Shown here: positions 30,729 to 39,259 of the stretch, in pieces
How positions within the stretch are numbered: position 1 is the first letter of the stretch
Layout: the number at the start of each line of letters is the position of its first letter
Source: Acidobacteriota bacterium
GTDB taxonomy: Bacteria; Acidobacteriota; CAIWXX01
Reading direction: 5' to 3'
DNA length: 64,000 bases
NCBI GenBank assembly: GCA_040755995.1
Contig: JBFMAF010000032.1
Location: 161,306-225,305, forward strand
Notes under the pieces: generated by a model
Told to the model about the DNA's origin: nothing
Seen by the model: the letters and a program-made list of their open reading frames with translations, nothing else
Databases searched by the model: none
Position numbers and translations under genes: made by a program

Positions 30729-31091
30729 ATGGGAGCAACACAGGTAACAGTAACGGTTCGCAATCCGGCAGACCCGGAGAAGGCGTGGGAGGGTCTTTTC
30801 CTGGTAGATACGGGCGCGGTCGATTCACTTGTCCCGGGCAAGGCGCTTCGAAGCATCGGGCTGGCTCCGAAAGCGAAGCGCACGTTTGAGCTCGCAGATG
30901 GGTCAGAGGTAAAGCTGGACATCACCACGGGGGATTTGGAGTTCATGGGAGAGGTCGTAGGTTCCACCCTCATCTTTGGCGGCGACGATGCCGAACCAAT
31001 CCTCGGTGTGACGGCACTTGAATCCGTCGGCATCGAGGTAGACCCCCGCAGCCAGCGGCTCAAGCGACTTCCTGCAGCACGGCTCAAGTAG
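30729..31091 (+). CDS. Clan AA (retropepsin-like) aspartyl protease
   Basis: LVDTGA active-site motif and ILGVTALE; AGGAGG RBS. Confidence 0.85.
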   Translation: MGATQVTVTVRNPADPEKAWEGLFLVDTGAVDSLVPGKALRSIGLAPKAKRTFELADGSEVKLDITTGDLEFMGEVVGSTLIFGGDDAEPILGVTALESVGIEVDPRSQRLKRLPAARLK

Positions 31092-31092
31092 A

Positions 31093-31128
31093 GTCTCAAC
31101 GCGAAGCTGAAGACCGCACGCGTTGGGC
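31093..31128 (+). mobile_element. Truncated attC-like site
   Basis: Directly after the stop codon: GTCTCAAC...AGCTGAAGACCGCACGCGTTGGGC (AAC...GTTRRRY), shorter than a functional attC. Confidence 0.35.
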
Positions 31129-31145
31129 GTCCCCCTATCCGAGCC

Positions 31146-31511
31146 ATGCGACTGCACTACGGGCTTGAGGACGCAGGCTGGGCAACGGTGACCCTCCAGT
31201 GTGAGGACCAGTTCGTCAGCATGACCGCTTCGTACTTTCGTGACTCCCTGCGGGATCTTGCCTCCGCTGCTCGTGCCCTTGTTGGCGGTGCAAGCGAAGC
31301 AAGGGTTATCTTCATGAGCGAGCCGGGCGAGCACGAGCTCATCATGCGCCAGACCTCGCTCGGCTTCCGCGCCTACCGTATCCTGTCTCCGGAAGCCTGG
31401 GGTGGCTTCGTGGCTGAGGTCACATTTGGAGGCTGGGTTGTGATCGCCCTCGCCTGGTGGCGGTCCAGCGTCTTCCACCGCTCCCTTGCAGTCGATACCG
31501 GGGCCGACTGA
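31146..31511 (+). CDS. Hypothetical protein, possibly a chimera of two cassette genes
   Basis: Soluble N-half (GWATV...SYFRDSL...EPGEH) joined abruptly to a hydrophobic C-half. Confidence 0.45.
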   Translation: MRLHYGLEDAGWATVTLQCEDQFVSMTASYFRDSLRDLASAARALVGGASEARVIFMSEPGEHELIMRQTSLGFRAYRILSPEAWGGFVAEVTFGGWVVIALAWWRSSVFHRSLAVDTGAD

Positions 31512-31542
31512 CCGGGCGTTCAAGCCGACACGGCGGGCGGCC
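31506..31542 (+). mobile_element. Degenerate attC-like left arm
   Basis: GACTGACCGGGCGTTCAAGCCGAC overlaps the stop codon and resembles the aadA-type attC start TCTAACAATTCGTTCAAGCCGAC. Confidence 0.45.
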
Positions 31543-31748
31543 TGCTTACCGAGCCTCACCGGGGAGTGCGACAGCCTTGCCAGCCAACCTACGCCCTTGA
31601 GGACACCCGATGAATGTGGTTGAATCCGATCAGGTGATTCTCAGTGCGATCAGTCGGCTATCGATGGGCAGCCGGAGCTGCTGCAACTACGGTGGCTGTT
31701 GGCCTGACAGGGTTCGCTCCGGCCGGAGATTCAGCGTAGCAGTACGAA

Positions 31749-32285
31749 GTGCTCCAGGCGATCGGGTCGCGCTGCCAGGATGGAGACGAAGACGCCTGCC
31801 GTAGCCTTGCCTTGGTCGCTCGGGATAGCGAAGAACCGGATGCCAGGTGGGACGCGGTGGAGTACTTGCGCGCTGAGCAGGTGCTGGCCCAGGTTGCGAT
31901 GGAGGAGTCTCTTCCGGGCATCCGAGAAGCGGCCTTGGCCAAGCTGTCAGGCCTCATTCTCGACACCTTCTGGCGCCGGCTAAACGGACTGCCCCTTGAA
32001 GTGGAAAAGCAACTCGCGCCCTCCGTAGCGTACTGGCGGCAGCAGACCACCCCTGACCCGGCACGGTGCCCGAGCTGCAAGCGGCGCAGTGAGATGACGT
32101 TGAGCCGGTCCAGGCAGGAGCTGGACGACCAAGAGGGAGCGGTCCACTACGGACGCTGCTGTCGCGAAGGGACGATCTGGGGCTCGAACGTGGATCTAGG
32201 CTGGTTCACTCCCGAAGGAGAACAGCTCGAAGGGCTCCGTAGGGCTCTTGCCGGCTCCTGGGATCCGTGCAACCGAAAGGACTGA
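31749..32285 (+). CDS. Hypothetical protein (HEAT-like helices plus CPSC zinc knuckle), possibly 5'-truncated
   Basis: ORF track; ARWDAVEYL...IREAALAKL; CPSC and CC residues. Confidence 0.4.
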   Translation: MLQAIGSRCQDGDEDACRSLALVARDSEEPDARWDAVEYLRAEQVLAQVAMEESLPGIREAALAKLSGLILDTFWRRLNGLPLEVEKQLAPSVAYWRQQTTPDPARCPSCKRRSEMTLSRSRQELDDQEGAVHYGRCCREGTIWGSNVDLGWFTPEGEQLEGLRRALAGSWDPCNRKD

Positions 32286-32355
32286 GCTGTCTTGATCCCG
32301 ATTGTGGGATTGTGGTTGTGGTGCATTCTGATGCCAAATGGTGTATACTTGTGAC

Positions 32356-32613
32356 ATGGCCATGATTGAAAAAGCGATCCGCCAGAGCGTCTCGCTCCCT
32401 TCTCCACTGGCGAAGCGGGTGAAGGCCCTGGCAAGGCGTCGAAAAGTCAGTTCCAATCGGATACTTGTTGAACTTGTCGAAACGGGGCTGCGAACAAAAG
32501 AAGACGAGAAGCGCAGATTCTTCGAATTGGCAGATAGGCTAAGCAAGTCAAGCGACGTGCGGGAACAGCGAGAACTGAAAGAACACCTTGCCCGAATGAC
32601 TTTCGGGGAATGA
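32356..32613 (+). CDS. RHH-type putative antitoxin
   Basis: IRQSVSLPSPLAKRVKALA...SSNRILVELVETGL; abuts the next small gene. Confidence 0.7.
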   Translation: MAMIEKAIRQSVSLPSPLAKRVKALARRRKVSSNRILVELVETGLRTKEDEKRRFFELADRLSKSSDVREQRELKEHLARMTFGE

Positions 32614-32856
32614 GTGCCGAAGATCCAGTGGACCGATCTGCCTCCCACTCTGCGCGATCACCTCTTTGAGCGGCTTCGAGAGCGTCGAATCACCGCCGAG
32701 GATCTGTATCAGCTGAAACTCCGGCGAGAATCTGAGCCCGACGCCCCGAATGGTGATTGGTACAAGGATTTCGGATCATTCAAGGTCTGTGGCAGGGGGA
32801 AATATCCCAAGACGTTCCTTCTTCGAGGGCAACCCGCCAAGGGCCAGGAACTGTGA
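32614..32856 (+). CDS. Small basic protein, putative toxin
   Basis: 80 aa, starts at the base after the RHH stop; WYKDFGSFKVCG motif. Confidence 0.6.
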   Translation: MPKIQWTDLPPTLRDHLFERLRERRITAEDLYQLKLRRESEPDAPNGDWYKDFGSFKVCGRGKYPKTFLLRGQPAKGQEL

Positions 32857-33020
32857 ATCGCGTCGTCTAGATCTGACAGTCACAAGTTCGTTTGCACGAA
32901 GTGCCGGCCGAATGCACTTCGAGAATCCGCGGTCGCACTCGAAACGCGGCGAAAGGGCATAGGGCCGAGTTGCGATCGGCATGAGGCCTCGCGTAAAATT
33001 CATGGCAGCGGGGACGCGAA

Positions 33021-33290
33021 ATGGACCTGAAGTCTCGGTACTCAAAGGATGAGTTTGCCCGACGCGGCGACGCGCTATACGAGCAGGAGATCGGTCCGCA
33101 AGTAGAAGCTAGGAACCAGGGCAAGTTCGTTGCCATTGATATCGATAGCGGTGCCTACGAGATCGATGCGGACGAACTGGCTGCATCCGACCGACTCCTT
33201 GCACGCAAACCCGAGGCGCAGGTGTGGCTGCGGAGGATCGGCTCCAGGCACGTGCGTCACTTCGGTCCGCGGCAACGCCGCGTCGCATGA
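33021..33290 (+). CDS. Small hypothetical protein (DUF5678-like) coupled to an aspartyl protease
   Basis: RRGDALYE...GKFVAIDIDSGAY; ATGA overlap with the protease. Confidence 0.7.
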   Translation: MDLKSRYSKDEFARRGDALYEQEIGPQVEARNQGKFVAIDIDSGAYEIDADELAASDRLLARKPEAQVWLRRIGSRHVRHFGPRQRRVA

Positions 33291-33658
33291 TCACGGGTTT
33301 CGTTACTCAGGATCTCGAAGCCATCGTGCGCGTGACCGTCCACGATCGTGACGGAAGAGGCCACGAGATGGAGTCGGTCGTGGATACCGGCTTCGATGGC
33401 TCCTTGACTCTCCCGGCCTCGGTCATCGCTTTGTTGGGGCTGCGCTGGTGTCGACGTGGCCGACCCCTGCTGGCAGACGGCCGTGAGAGCGTCTGCGACA
33501 TCTTCGAAGCAACCATCAGCTGGGATGGAAGTACTCGTCGCATTCCTGTGGACGCGGCAGAAACCGCACCCCTGATCGGCATGTCCCTTCTGCACGGCTA
33601 CGAGCTGATCATACGGATCGTGGATGGTGGCGACGTGACAATCACCGCGCTCCCATGA
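33287..33658 (+). CDS. Clan AA aspartyl protease (AF_0612-like)
   Basis: MITGFV...VVDTGFDGSLTLP...PLIGMSLL. Confidence 0.85.
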   Translation: MITGFVTQDLEAIVRVTVHDRDGRGHEMESVVDTGFDGSLTLPASVIALLGLRWCRRGRPLLADGRESVCDIFEATISWDGSTRRIPVDAAETAPLIGMSLLHGYELIIRIVDGGDVTITALP

Positions 33659-33736
33659 GGCGGAGACGCCTAGAGCGGATTCTGCCATGACGAACGAGTC
33701 GAGTGTGACAATACCAGCCGGACAAGACAGCGATCC

Positions 33737-34048
33737 ATGTTCGACCAATCTCTTGTGAAGAAATCCGGGCAAGTGTGGAAGCTCCACTTATTCTTGGTCC
33801 TACCTGTCGCAGGCTTTCTACTTATCCTGTATGCGCTCCGAAGCACCACAGACCACTTCCCCGCCGTCCTTCTGTTCTCAGGCTTCGCACTAGCCCTCCT
33901 GGGTGTGGCATTTCCCTCCGTCTCAATCGCCTGCCCCGAATGCAGAACGCGCTTGCTGTGGAAAGCCCTCCGTGAGCGGCCTGTACATGCCTGGTTGTTC
34001 TGGCTTGTCGGGCTTCGCCAATGTCCGAAATGCGGGAGGGGAGGTTGA
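33737..34048 (+). CDS. Small membrane protein with zinc ribbon
   Basis: Two TM helices, CPEC...CPKC. Confidence 0.55.
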   Translation: MFDQSLVKKSGQVWKLHLFLVLPVAGFLLILYALRSTTDHFPAVLLFSGFALALLGVAFPSVSIACPECRTRLLWKALRERPVHAWLFWLVGLRQCPKCGRGG

Positions 34049-34141
34049 CAGGCAGCCGGCCCACACGTCGTACAAGGTGTGTGACCCGGGGTTCGCTAGC
34101 AGGCCTCGCGCCATCGGTTGTGCAGATCGCACCCAAACGAC

Positions 34142-37100
34142 CTACGGCCCACGGGCGTTCCGCGGCGGGCGCGGGAACTTCAGGTAGGGCACGATCACGT
34201 CGTTCTTGAAGGCGCCGGTGCCGTCGTAGGTCAGCGTCACTACCGGCACGCCGGTTGCGCGGCGGATCTCGTTTGCCATCGCTTCGGTCACCAGCGACGG
34301 GCAGCAGAACACGGGGTTGGTCTGCACGAACAGCGCCACGTCCGGGTGCGCCTTGAGAATGTGCGAGATCTTCAGAAGATTGTCGAACGACTCGCCTCCG
34401 TGCTCCAGGCGCACGTGGAAGCGATCGAGGATCGCCTCGGTCTCGGCGTCGCTCGGCAGGCTCAGCGGCGGCAGATACTTCTCGTAGCGCTGCCGGCAGC
34501 GCTTCTCGACCGCGCCGATTGCGGCGAGCAACAGGCGGTTCTTCGCCAGGTCACCGTATCGCCTCTCGATGACCCACCGCCTGAAATACGCCTTCGAGAT
34601 GATGCGCAGGTAGTGGCTGTAAGGCGTGGTGATCACCTGCCCGCCGGCCGCCTCGATCGTCTCGATGAGGTTCTGGTTCATCACATCGTTGTCGCGAACG
34701 TACAGGTCGCCGAATATCGCCACCTTGGGACGCGTTCCGTCATGGCGAGGGATCGCGTCGAAGAGGTCCATCGCCCGCTCCAGCGCATCCTCCTTCGAGA
34801 GCCCGTTCTCGAGCGCCTGAGCAAACATCGCAAGGGCCTTGCTGGTCGCAGCGGTCGTAGTTCCTGGTGTCTTCTCATAGGGCCGGATGGCGCAGCCGAT
34901 GCGGCGGAGCAGCCCGCCGAAGAGGTACGCGAAGTAGGTGTTTACGGCTGCCACCAGCGATATCTCCATGTGTGAGAGATCGCCGCGATACACGCTCGCC
35001 TTCTCCATCCCCTCTCCGTGCGCCTCGAGAAGGGTCTTGATGTAGTACGGGTACATCCGAAGACCGCAGGCGACACGACCGCGCGCGATCCATAGTGCCG
35101 TTCGCGCCGGGTCGAGGTCGTGCTTCCGGACGTAGTCGATGAACTCCTGCGTCATCGCATTGATCGGGATGCACTGGCCCGAGTTCTGCCGCATGCTGCG
35201 CTGGATCGTCAGGGGATCTTCCTCGAGCACCCGCGCGTCCACACCGGCACGCCGCAGGTTGGCGACCAGCAGCGGAGCGGTCAGGGGGTCCCAGTTGGGG
35301 TAGAGCAGCGTCATCCCGTCGAGACGATTCGCCAGTCGGGGATTGACAGGGAGGGCGCGGGGGGGTGATGGGCGAGTGCCGACCAGCGCGGGGCGGCTCG
35401 ACTGCGCCGCATAGTGGTTCGCAAACGCCCGCACAGCAGCTTCGATCCGGGTCTCGTAGCCTGCGTTCGAGTCGTGCTCGTCAATCTGCAGGATCAGGTA
35501 GGGCTTGCCGTGAGAGTCGAGAATGCGGCAGAAGTACTCGCTCAGGAAAGAGTCTGGCGCGCACTTGAACGATGTGACGAGCACGGGATAGAGCTGCTCG
35601 GATCGGGCACAGGTCTGCGCCGTCTCGAGGATGCGCGCGCCGTAGCTCCAGTTGACCGCGTCCAACAACGGATCGATCTCTGCGCGCGACTCGGGACTCG
35701 ACGGAATCATATCCAGGAAAAAGGCCTTGACGCCGAGCGCCGAGAAGAGGTCCGGAATGCTCTTGTTCATGTGCGGCGAGAGCACCACATATGGGCGGCC
35801 GCTCAGCACGACACAGAAGCCCTCCGCTGCGCGCACTTCTCGTTGTACCACGCCGGCCAGCCTGCGCTGCCCCTCTTGCTTGAACCTGAGTGCCTGCCCG
35901 TAGGCCCGTACAACACCATCGAGCTCCACCTGGACGCCTCGGATCCGTTGCAGAGCCTGATGGAGCTCCCGGCAGATCTGCTTCCGCGACCTCCAGTGGT
36001 CGAGCAGCGGCAGGAGACACCTTGAACGAACTTCTGCGTCGTCGATCATGGCCACCAGCGATGGCGCGTATTGCGTGTAGTAGCAGTAGTCGCGGAGGCG
36101 CGCACGGTCGTGCGGCTGCCGCACGGCGTGGAGGACCACCGGTACGAACACGTAGTCTGCGCGCGACGCGAGATGATGAACGTGGCCGTGCAGCGCCGTG
36201 ATGGGCGCGCAGAATTCGGCCCCGGCCAGCCGCCGGCCCAGCTTCACCCCATCGCGACAGTCCTCGCTGGTCACCGTACGGATGTCGAGCGCACCGAAGA
36301 ACCGCCTCCACATCGCCAGGTCCTCGAAAAGATGCAACGCCGCGGGAATCCCGACCGTGGGGCCGGACGCTGGCCTGGGTCCGGGCAGCTGAAAGCACTT
36401 CTTGTGCTCGCGAATCAGATCGAATCCGCTTCGATTGGCGCTCACGTGGTGATGCACGTCGTAGTCGCGCCCGCACATGAAGCCGAACGCAACCGCTTCG
36501 CCGTGCACATCGGCCACACGGATCCGACATCTGTTGGTGCACAGCTCGCACACCTCCGCCCGGATCGGGATCTCTACGCGATGCAGGCCCAATCCCCGGA
36601 AGCGGCTCTCGCCCCTGTGATCGCGTGCCACGAGGATGGCTGCGCCGATGGCGCCGCTGAGATGGCAGTACCGAGAGACCAGGATCTCCCGGCCCAGATC
36701 TTGTTCGAATGCCGCCACGAGCGCCCTGTTCTTCGCCGTGGCCCCCTGGAAACAGACTCGCTCGCCGATGGCCGGCCGGTTCGCCACCTTGTGGAGGTAG
36801 TTCTCGCGCACGGAGAAAAGCACGGCGGCGAGGATCTCCTCGACGGAATGGCCGAGGCTCATCAGGTGATTGATGTCACGCTCCATGAACACAGCGCACC
36901 GATCGCTTGCGAGCGGCGCCCTCACCCCCTCGGCGCGGCGCGCGACCTCGCCGAGCGGCACACCCAGCCGCGCCGCCTGCTCCTCGATGAAGCTCCCCGT
37001 GCCGGCAGCGCACACGGTGTTCATCTGCGCGAAGGTGACGCGGCCGTCGCGCAGCGTCGTGAACTTCGCGTCCTGACCGCCGATCTCGATGATCGTATCG

Positions 37101-38377
37101 ACGCGAGGGTCGAGCTCGCAGGCCGCTCGAGCGTGCGCCGTGATCTCGTCCACGATCAAGTCGGCGCCGATGAGCTTCCCGATGAACTTGCGGCCCGATC
37201 CGGTCGTGCTGACGGCCGCGATCGAGAACGACGCGAGCTCGGGTGTAGATTCGATCGCCTCGAAGATTGCCTGTGTTGCCGCGAGAGGCCGGCCAGCAGT
37301 GCGAGTGTAGTATCCGGAGAGAACTCGGCCCTGTGCATCGACCAGCGCCGCCTTCGTGCTGGTCGAACCGACGTCGAGACCCAGGTATCTGGGCGCGGGT
37401 GCCTCGCGCGGGCTCTCGACGAAGATGTCGACTTCGACCGGGTTGGCGGGTCCGGTATGCGCCGAGACGTGGATCCGGCGCGGGTGATCTTCGAAATCTG
37501 GGAAACGAGATCTGACGAGCTTCAGGGGCTCGTAGAAGGACTGCTTCGACTGAGCGGTGGTGGTGAGAAGATCCCGTGCTTCCAGGCGCCGCAAGCGCGA
37601 GGTCCCGAATTCGTCGAGGTAGGCCAGGGCCGCTCCGATGGCGCCGTACAGGTGCGATCGCTCGCCCACTGTCAGGGGCTGCGCGAGAAGTTGCTCGAGG
37701 TGTCTGCCGACGGCGCGGTTGCGCGAGACTCCGCCGGCGAACACGATCGGCTCACGGGCCGTCGCTCCGCAGAACAGCGCGCCCGCGATGTTTCGCGCCA
37801 GCCCCTGGCAAAGCCCATCGCAGATCTCCTTGATGGAGTAGCCCTCTTGCTGAGCGTGGATCAGGTCGGTCTTGGCGAAGACGGAGCAGCGCGAGGCGAT
37901 CGGCGGGATCGGGCCTGCATTGAGAAGAGCGATGTCGCTCAGCTCGGCGCTGCTGGATAGCCCGAGGCGCAGGGCCTGCAGATCGAGGAAGCTTCCGGTG
38001 CCGGCCGCGCAGCTCGTATTGCCTCGCATGCCCTCGTAGTGCCCATCGGCATCGAATGCGACCAGGCCGAATTTCTCGCCACCGACAACGAGCAGCGACC
38101 CGGTGGGCGAGTGTAGGCGTTTGGCCGCAGTGATGTACGCAACCACTGTGTCGACCTGGTGCGCGTCCCTGAGCGCGGGGGCGGCGGCCGTCGTTTGCGC
38201 GACGGCCCCGAGGCTCGCGACAGGCAGCCCCGACAGCATCTCTCGGAGTACAGGGCCGACCGTCCCCCGGTGAAATCGGTAGCTCGTCCACAGAACCCGT
38301 CCTTCTCGGTCCACCACCGCAATTGAGATCGCCACCGATCCGATATCAACTCCACAGATGCCGTCGTTGTCTTTCAT
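34142..38377 (-). CDS. 2-hydroxyacyl-CoA dehydratase activator-like multidomain protein (two BcrAD/BadFG ATPase domains plus DUF2229-like region)
   Basis: GVDIGS and GLDVGSTSTK, two CAAGTGSF, RCSVF/RCAVF Fe-S Cys, EIGGQD, SFKCAPD, QIDEH. Confidence 0.9.
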   Translation of the reverse strand: MKDNDGICGVDIGSVAISIAVVDREGRVLWTSYRFHRGTVGPVLREMLSGLPVASLGAVAQTTAAAPALRDAHQVDTVVAYITAAKRLHSPTGSLLVVGGEKFGLVAFDADGHYEGMRGNTSCAAGTGSFLDLQALRLGLSSSAELSDIALLNAGPIPPIASRCSVFAKTDLIHAQQEGYSIKEICDGLCQGLARNIAGALFCGATAREPIVFAGGVSRNRAVGRHLEQLLAQPLTVGERSHLYGAIGAALAYLDEFGTSRLRRLEARDLLTTTAQSKQSFYEPLKLVRSRFPDFEDHPRRIHVSAHTGPANPVEVDIFVESPREAPAPRYLGLDVGSTSTKAALVDAQGRVLSGYYTRTAGRPLAATQAIFEAIESTPELASFSIAAVSTTGSGRKFIGKLIGADLIVDEITAHARAACELDPRVDTIIEIGGQDAKFTTLRDGRVTFAQMNTVCAAGTGSFIEEQAARLGVPLGEVARRAEGVRAPLASDRCAVFMERDINHLMSLGHSVEEILAAVLFSVRENYLHKVANRPAIGERVCFQGATAKNRALVAAFEQDLGREILVSRYCHLSGAIGAAILVARDHRGESRFRGLGLHRVEIPIRAEVCELCTNRCRIRVADVHGEAVAFGFMCGRDYDVHHHVSANRSGFDLIREHKKCFQLPGPRPASGPTVGIPAALHLFEDLAMWRRFFGALDIRTVTSEDCRDGVKLGRRLAGAEFCAPITALHGHVHHLASRADYVFVPVVLHAVRQPHDRARLRDYCYYTQYAPSLVAMIDDAEVRSRCLLPLLDHWRSRKQICRELHQALQRIRGVQVELDGVVRAYGQALRFKQEGQRRLAGVVQREVRAAEGFCVVLSGRPYVVLSPHMNKSIPDLFSALGVKAFFLDMIPSSPESRAEIDPLLDAVNWSYGARILETAQTCARSEQLYPVLVTSFKCAPDSFLSEYFCRILDSHGKPYLILQIDEHDSNAGYETRIEAAVRAFANHYAAQSSRPALVGTRPSPPRALPVNPRLANRLDGMTLLYPNWDPLTAPLLVANLRRAGVDARVLEEDPLTIQRSMRQNSGQCIPINAMTQEFIDYVRKHDLDPARTALWIARGRVACGLRMYPYYIKTLLEAHGEGMEKASVYRGDLSHMEISLVAAVNTYFAYLFGGLLRRIGCAIRPYEKTPGTTTAATSKALAMFAQALENGLSKEDALERAMDLFDAIPRHDGTRPKVAIFGDLYVRDNDVMNQNLIETIEAAGGQVITTPYSHYLRIISKAYFRRWVIERRYGDLAKNRLLLAAIGAVEKRCRQRYEKYLPPLSLPSDAETEAILDRFHVRLEHGGESFDNLLKISHILKAHPDVALFVQTNPVFCCPSLVTEAMANEIRRATGVPVVTLTYDGTGAFKNDVIVPYLKFPRPPRNARGP

Positions 38378-38426
38378 CTGGTGGCCTCAGGTCCCTTCAC
38401 CGGGGGGCTCGGAGAGCGATTCCGGC

Positions 38427-38999
38427 TCAGGGCTCATCCAGTCGACGTCGTGGCCGGTCATGCTTCAGTTGCGCGTAGCTGCGTTCGAGGTAGAACTCGT
38501 GGGGCACGACCAGCGGCGTATAGTCGAGGGGCAGGCGCAAGTTCGGCTCGACGTACCAGTCGGCGGCAGCGGCCTGCACCACGTGCGCGGCGTCGAGGTT
38601 CACGAGCTCCCACGCGATGATGCGCTGGAGCCTGCAGAGCGCCTCGATGACAGTGTCCCCCGAAGACGTCCGCGTCCAGAGGCAGACGAAGCCGTTGCGA
38701 GGATCGACGTTCGGGTGGAAGATTGGGTCAGTCAGGTAGGCTTCGGTGGGCATTGCTGGGTAGAACCGCGGGAACAACAGTCTCACATCGTGTTCGTGTG
38801 AGAGCGCGCACGGTGGACCCAGGCTCGTGATGCCGCACGTGCGGCGGAGGGAGACTCGAACGGCGTCCGCGGACTGCTCCGCCCCACTGAAAGCCAGAGT
38901 CTCCGGATTGAGATCGATCAGGCGCCAAAGCAGCTCGCGTTCGCTCCGCAATCGCCGCCCGCGTACGCTCAGGGCCGAGGGCCGGTCGGGATCAACCAT
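38427..38999 (-). CDS. Ubiquitin-conjugating (E2/UBC-fold) enzyme
   Basis: RRLRSE helix 1; FPRFYPAMP; PIFHPNVDPRNGFVCL (HPN motif plus catalytic Cys at 38682-38684). Confidence 0.88.
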   Translation of the reverse strand: MVDPDRPSALSVRGRRLRSERELLWRLIDLNPETLAFSGAEQSADAVRVSLRRTCGITSLGPPCALSHEHDVRLLFPRFYPAMPTEAYLTDPIFHPNVDPRNGFVCLWTRTSSGDTVIEALCRLQRIIAWELVNLDAAHVVQAAAADWYVEPNLRLPLDYTPLVVPHEFYLERSYAQLKHDRPRRRLDEP

Positions 39000-39252
39000 T
39001 GATGGCGATCGTCGATACCCTCAGGACATCGTTCGGGCGGACACCTTGCTCCGGCAGCGCCCGGCCGAACTCGAGCATCTGCCCGCTCCAGATCACCTGC
39101 GGCTCTCCGTCCCCGCGCAGCACGTCGCCGCGTTCGCGGAGCTCATAAAGGATCTCGCCGATCACCGTCTCGAGAGCCTCGTTCTCGTCGATGTCCACGT
39201 TGTAACGCTTCTCGCCGCCTATCGTGTCGAAGTAGATCTGGTACTTGGGCAT
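38992..39252 (-). CDS. Ubiquitin-like (beta-grasp, YukD/EsaB-like) protein ending in Gly
   Basis: 86 aa; ...GQMLEFGRALPEQGVRPNDVLRVSTIAING*; GAGGGA RBS; overlaps the E2 start by 8 bp. Confidence 0.8.
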   Translation of the reverse strand: MPKYQIYFDTIGGEKRYNVDIDENEALETVIGEILYELRERGDVLRGDGEPQVIWSGQMLEFGRALPEQGVRPNDVLRVSTIAING

Positions 39253-39259
39253 GCGTCCC

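Noticed and set aside
29200..34100. Complete integron, IS element or prophage
   Set aside because: No tyrosine recombinase, transposase, terminal inverted repeats or phage genes were recognised; only partial attC-like arms.
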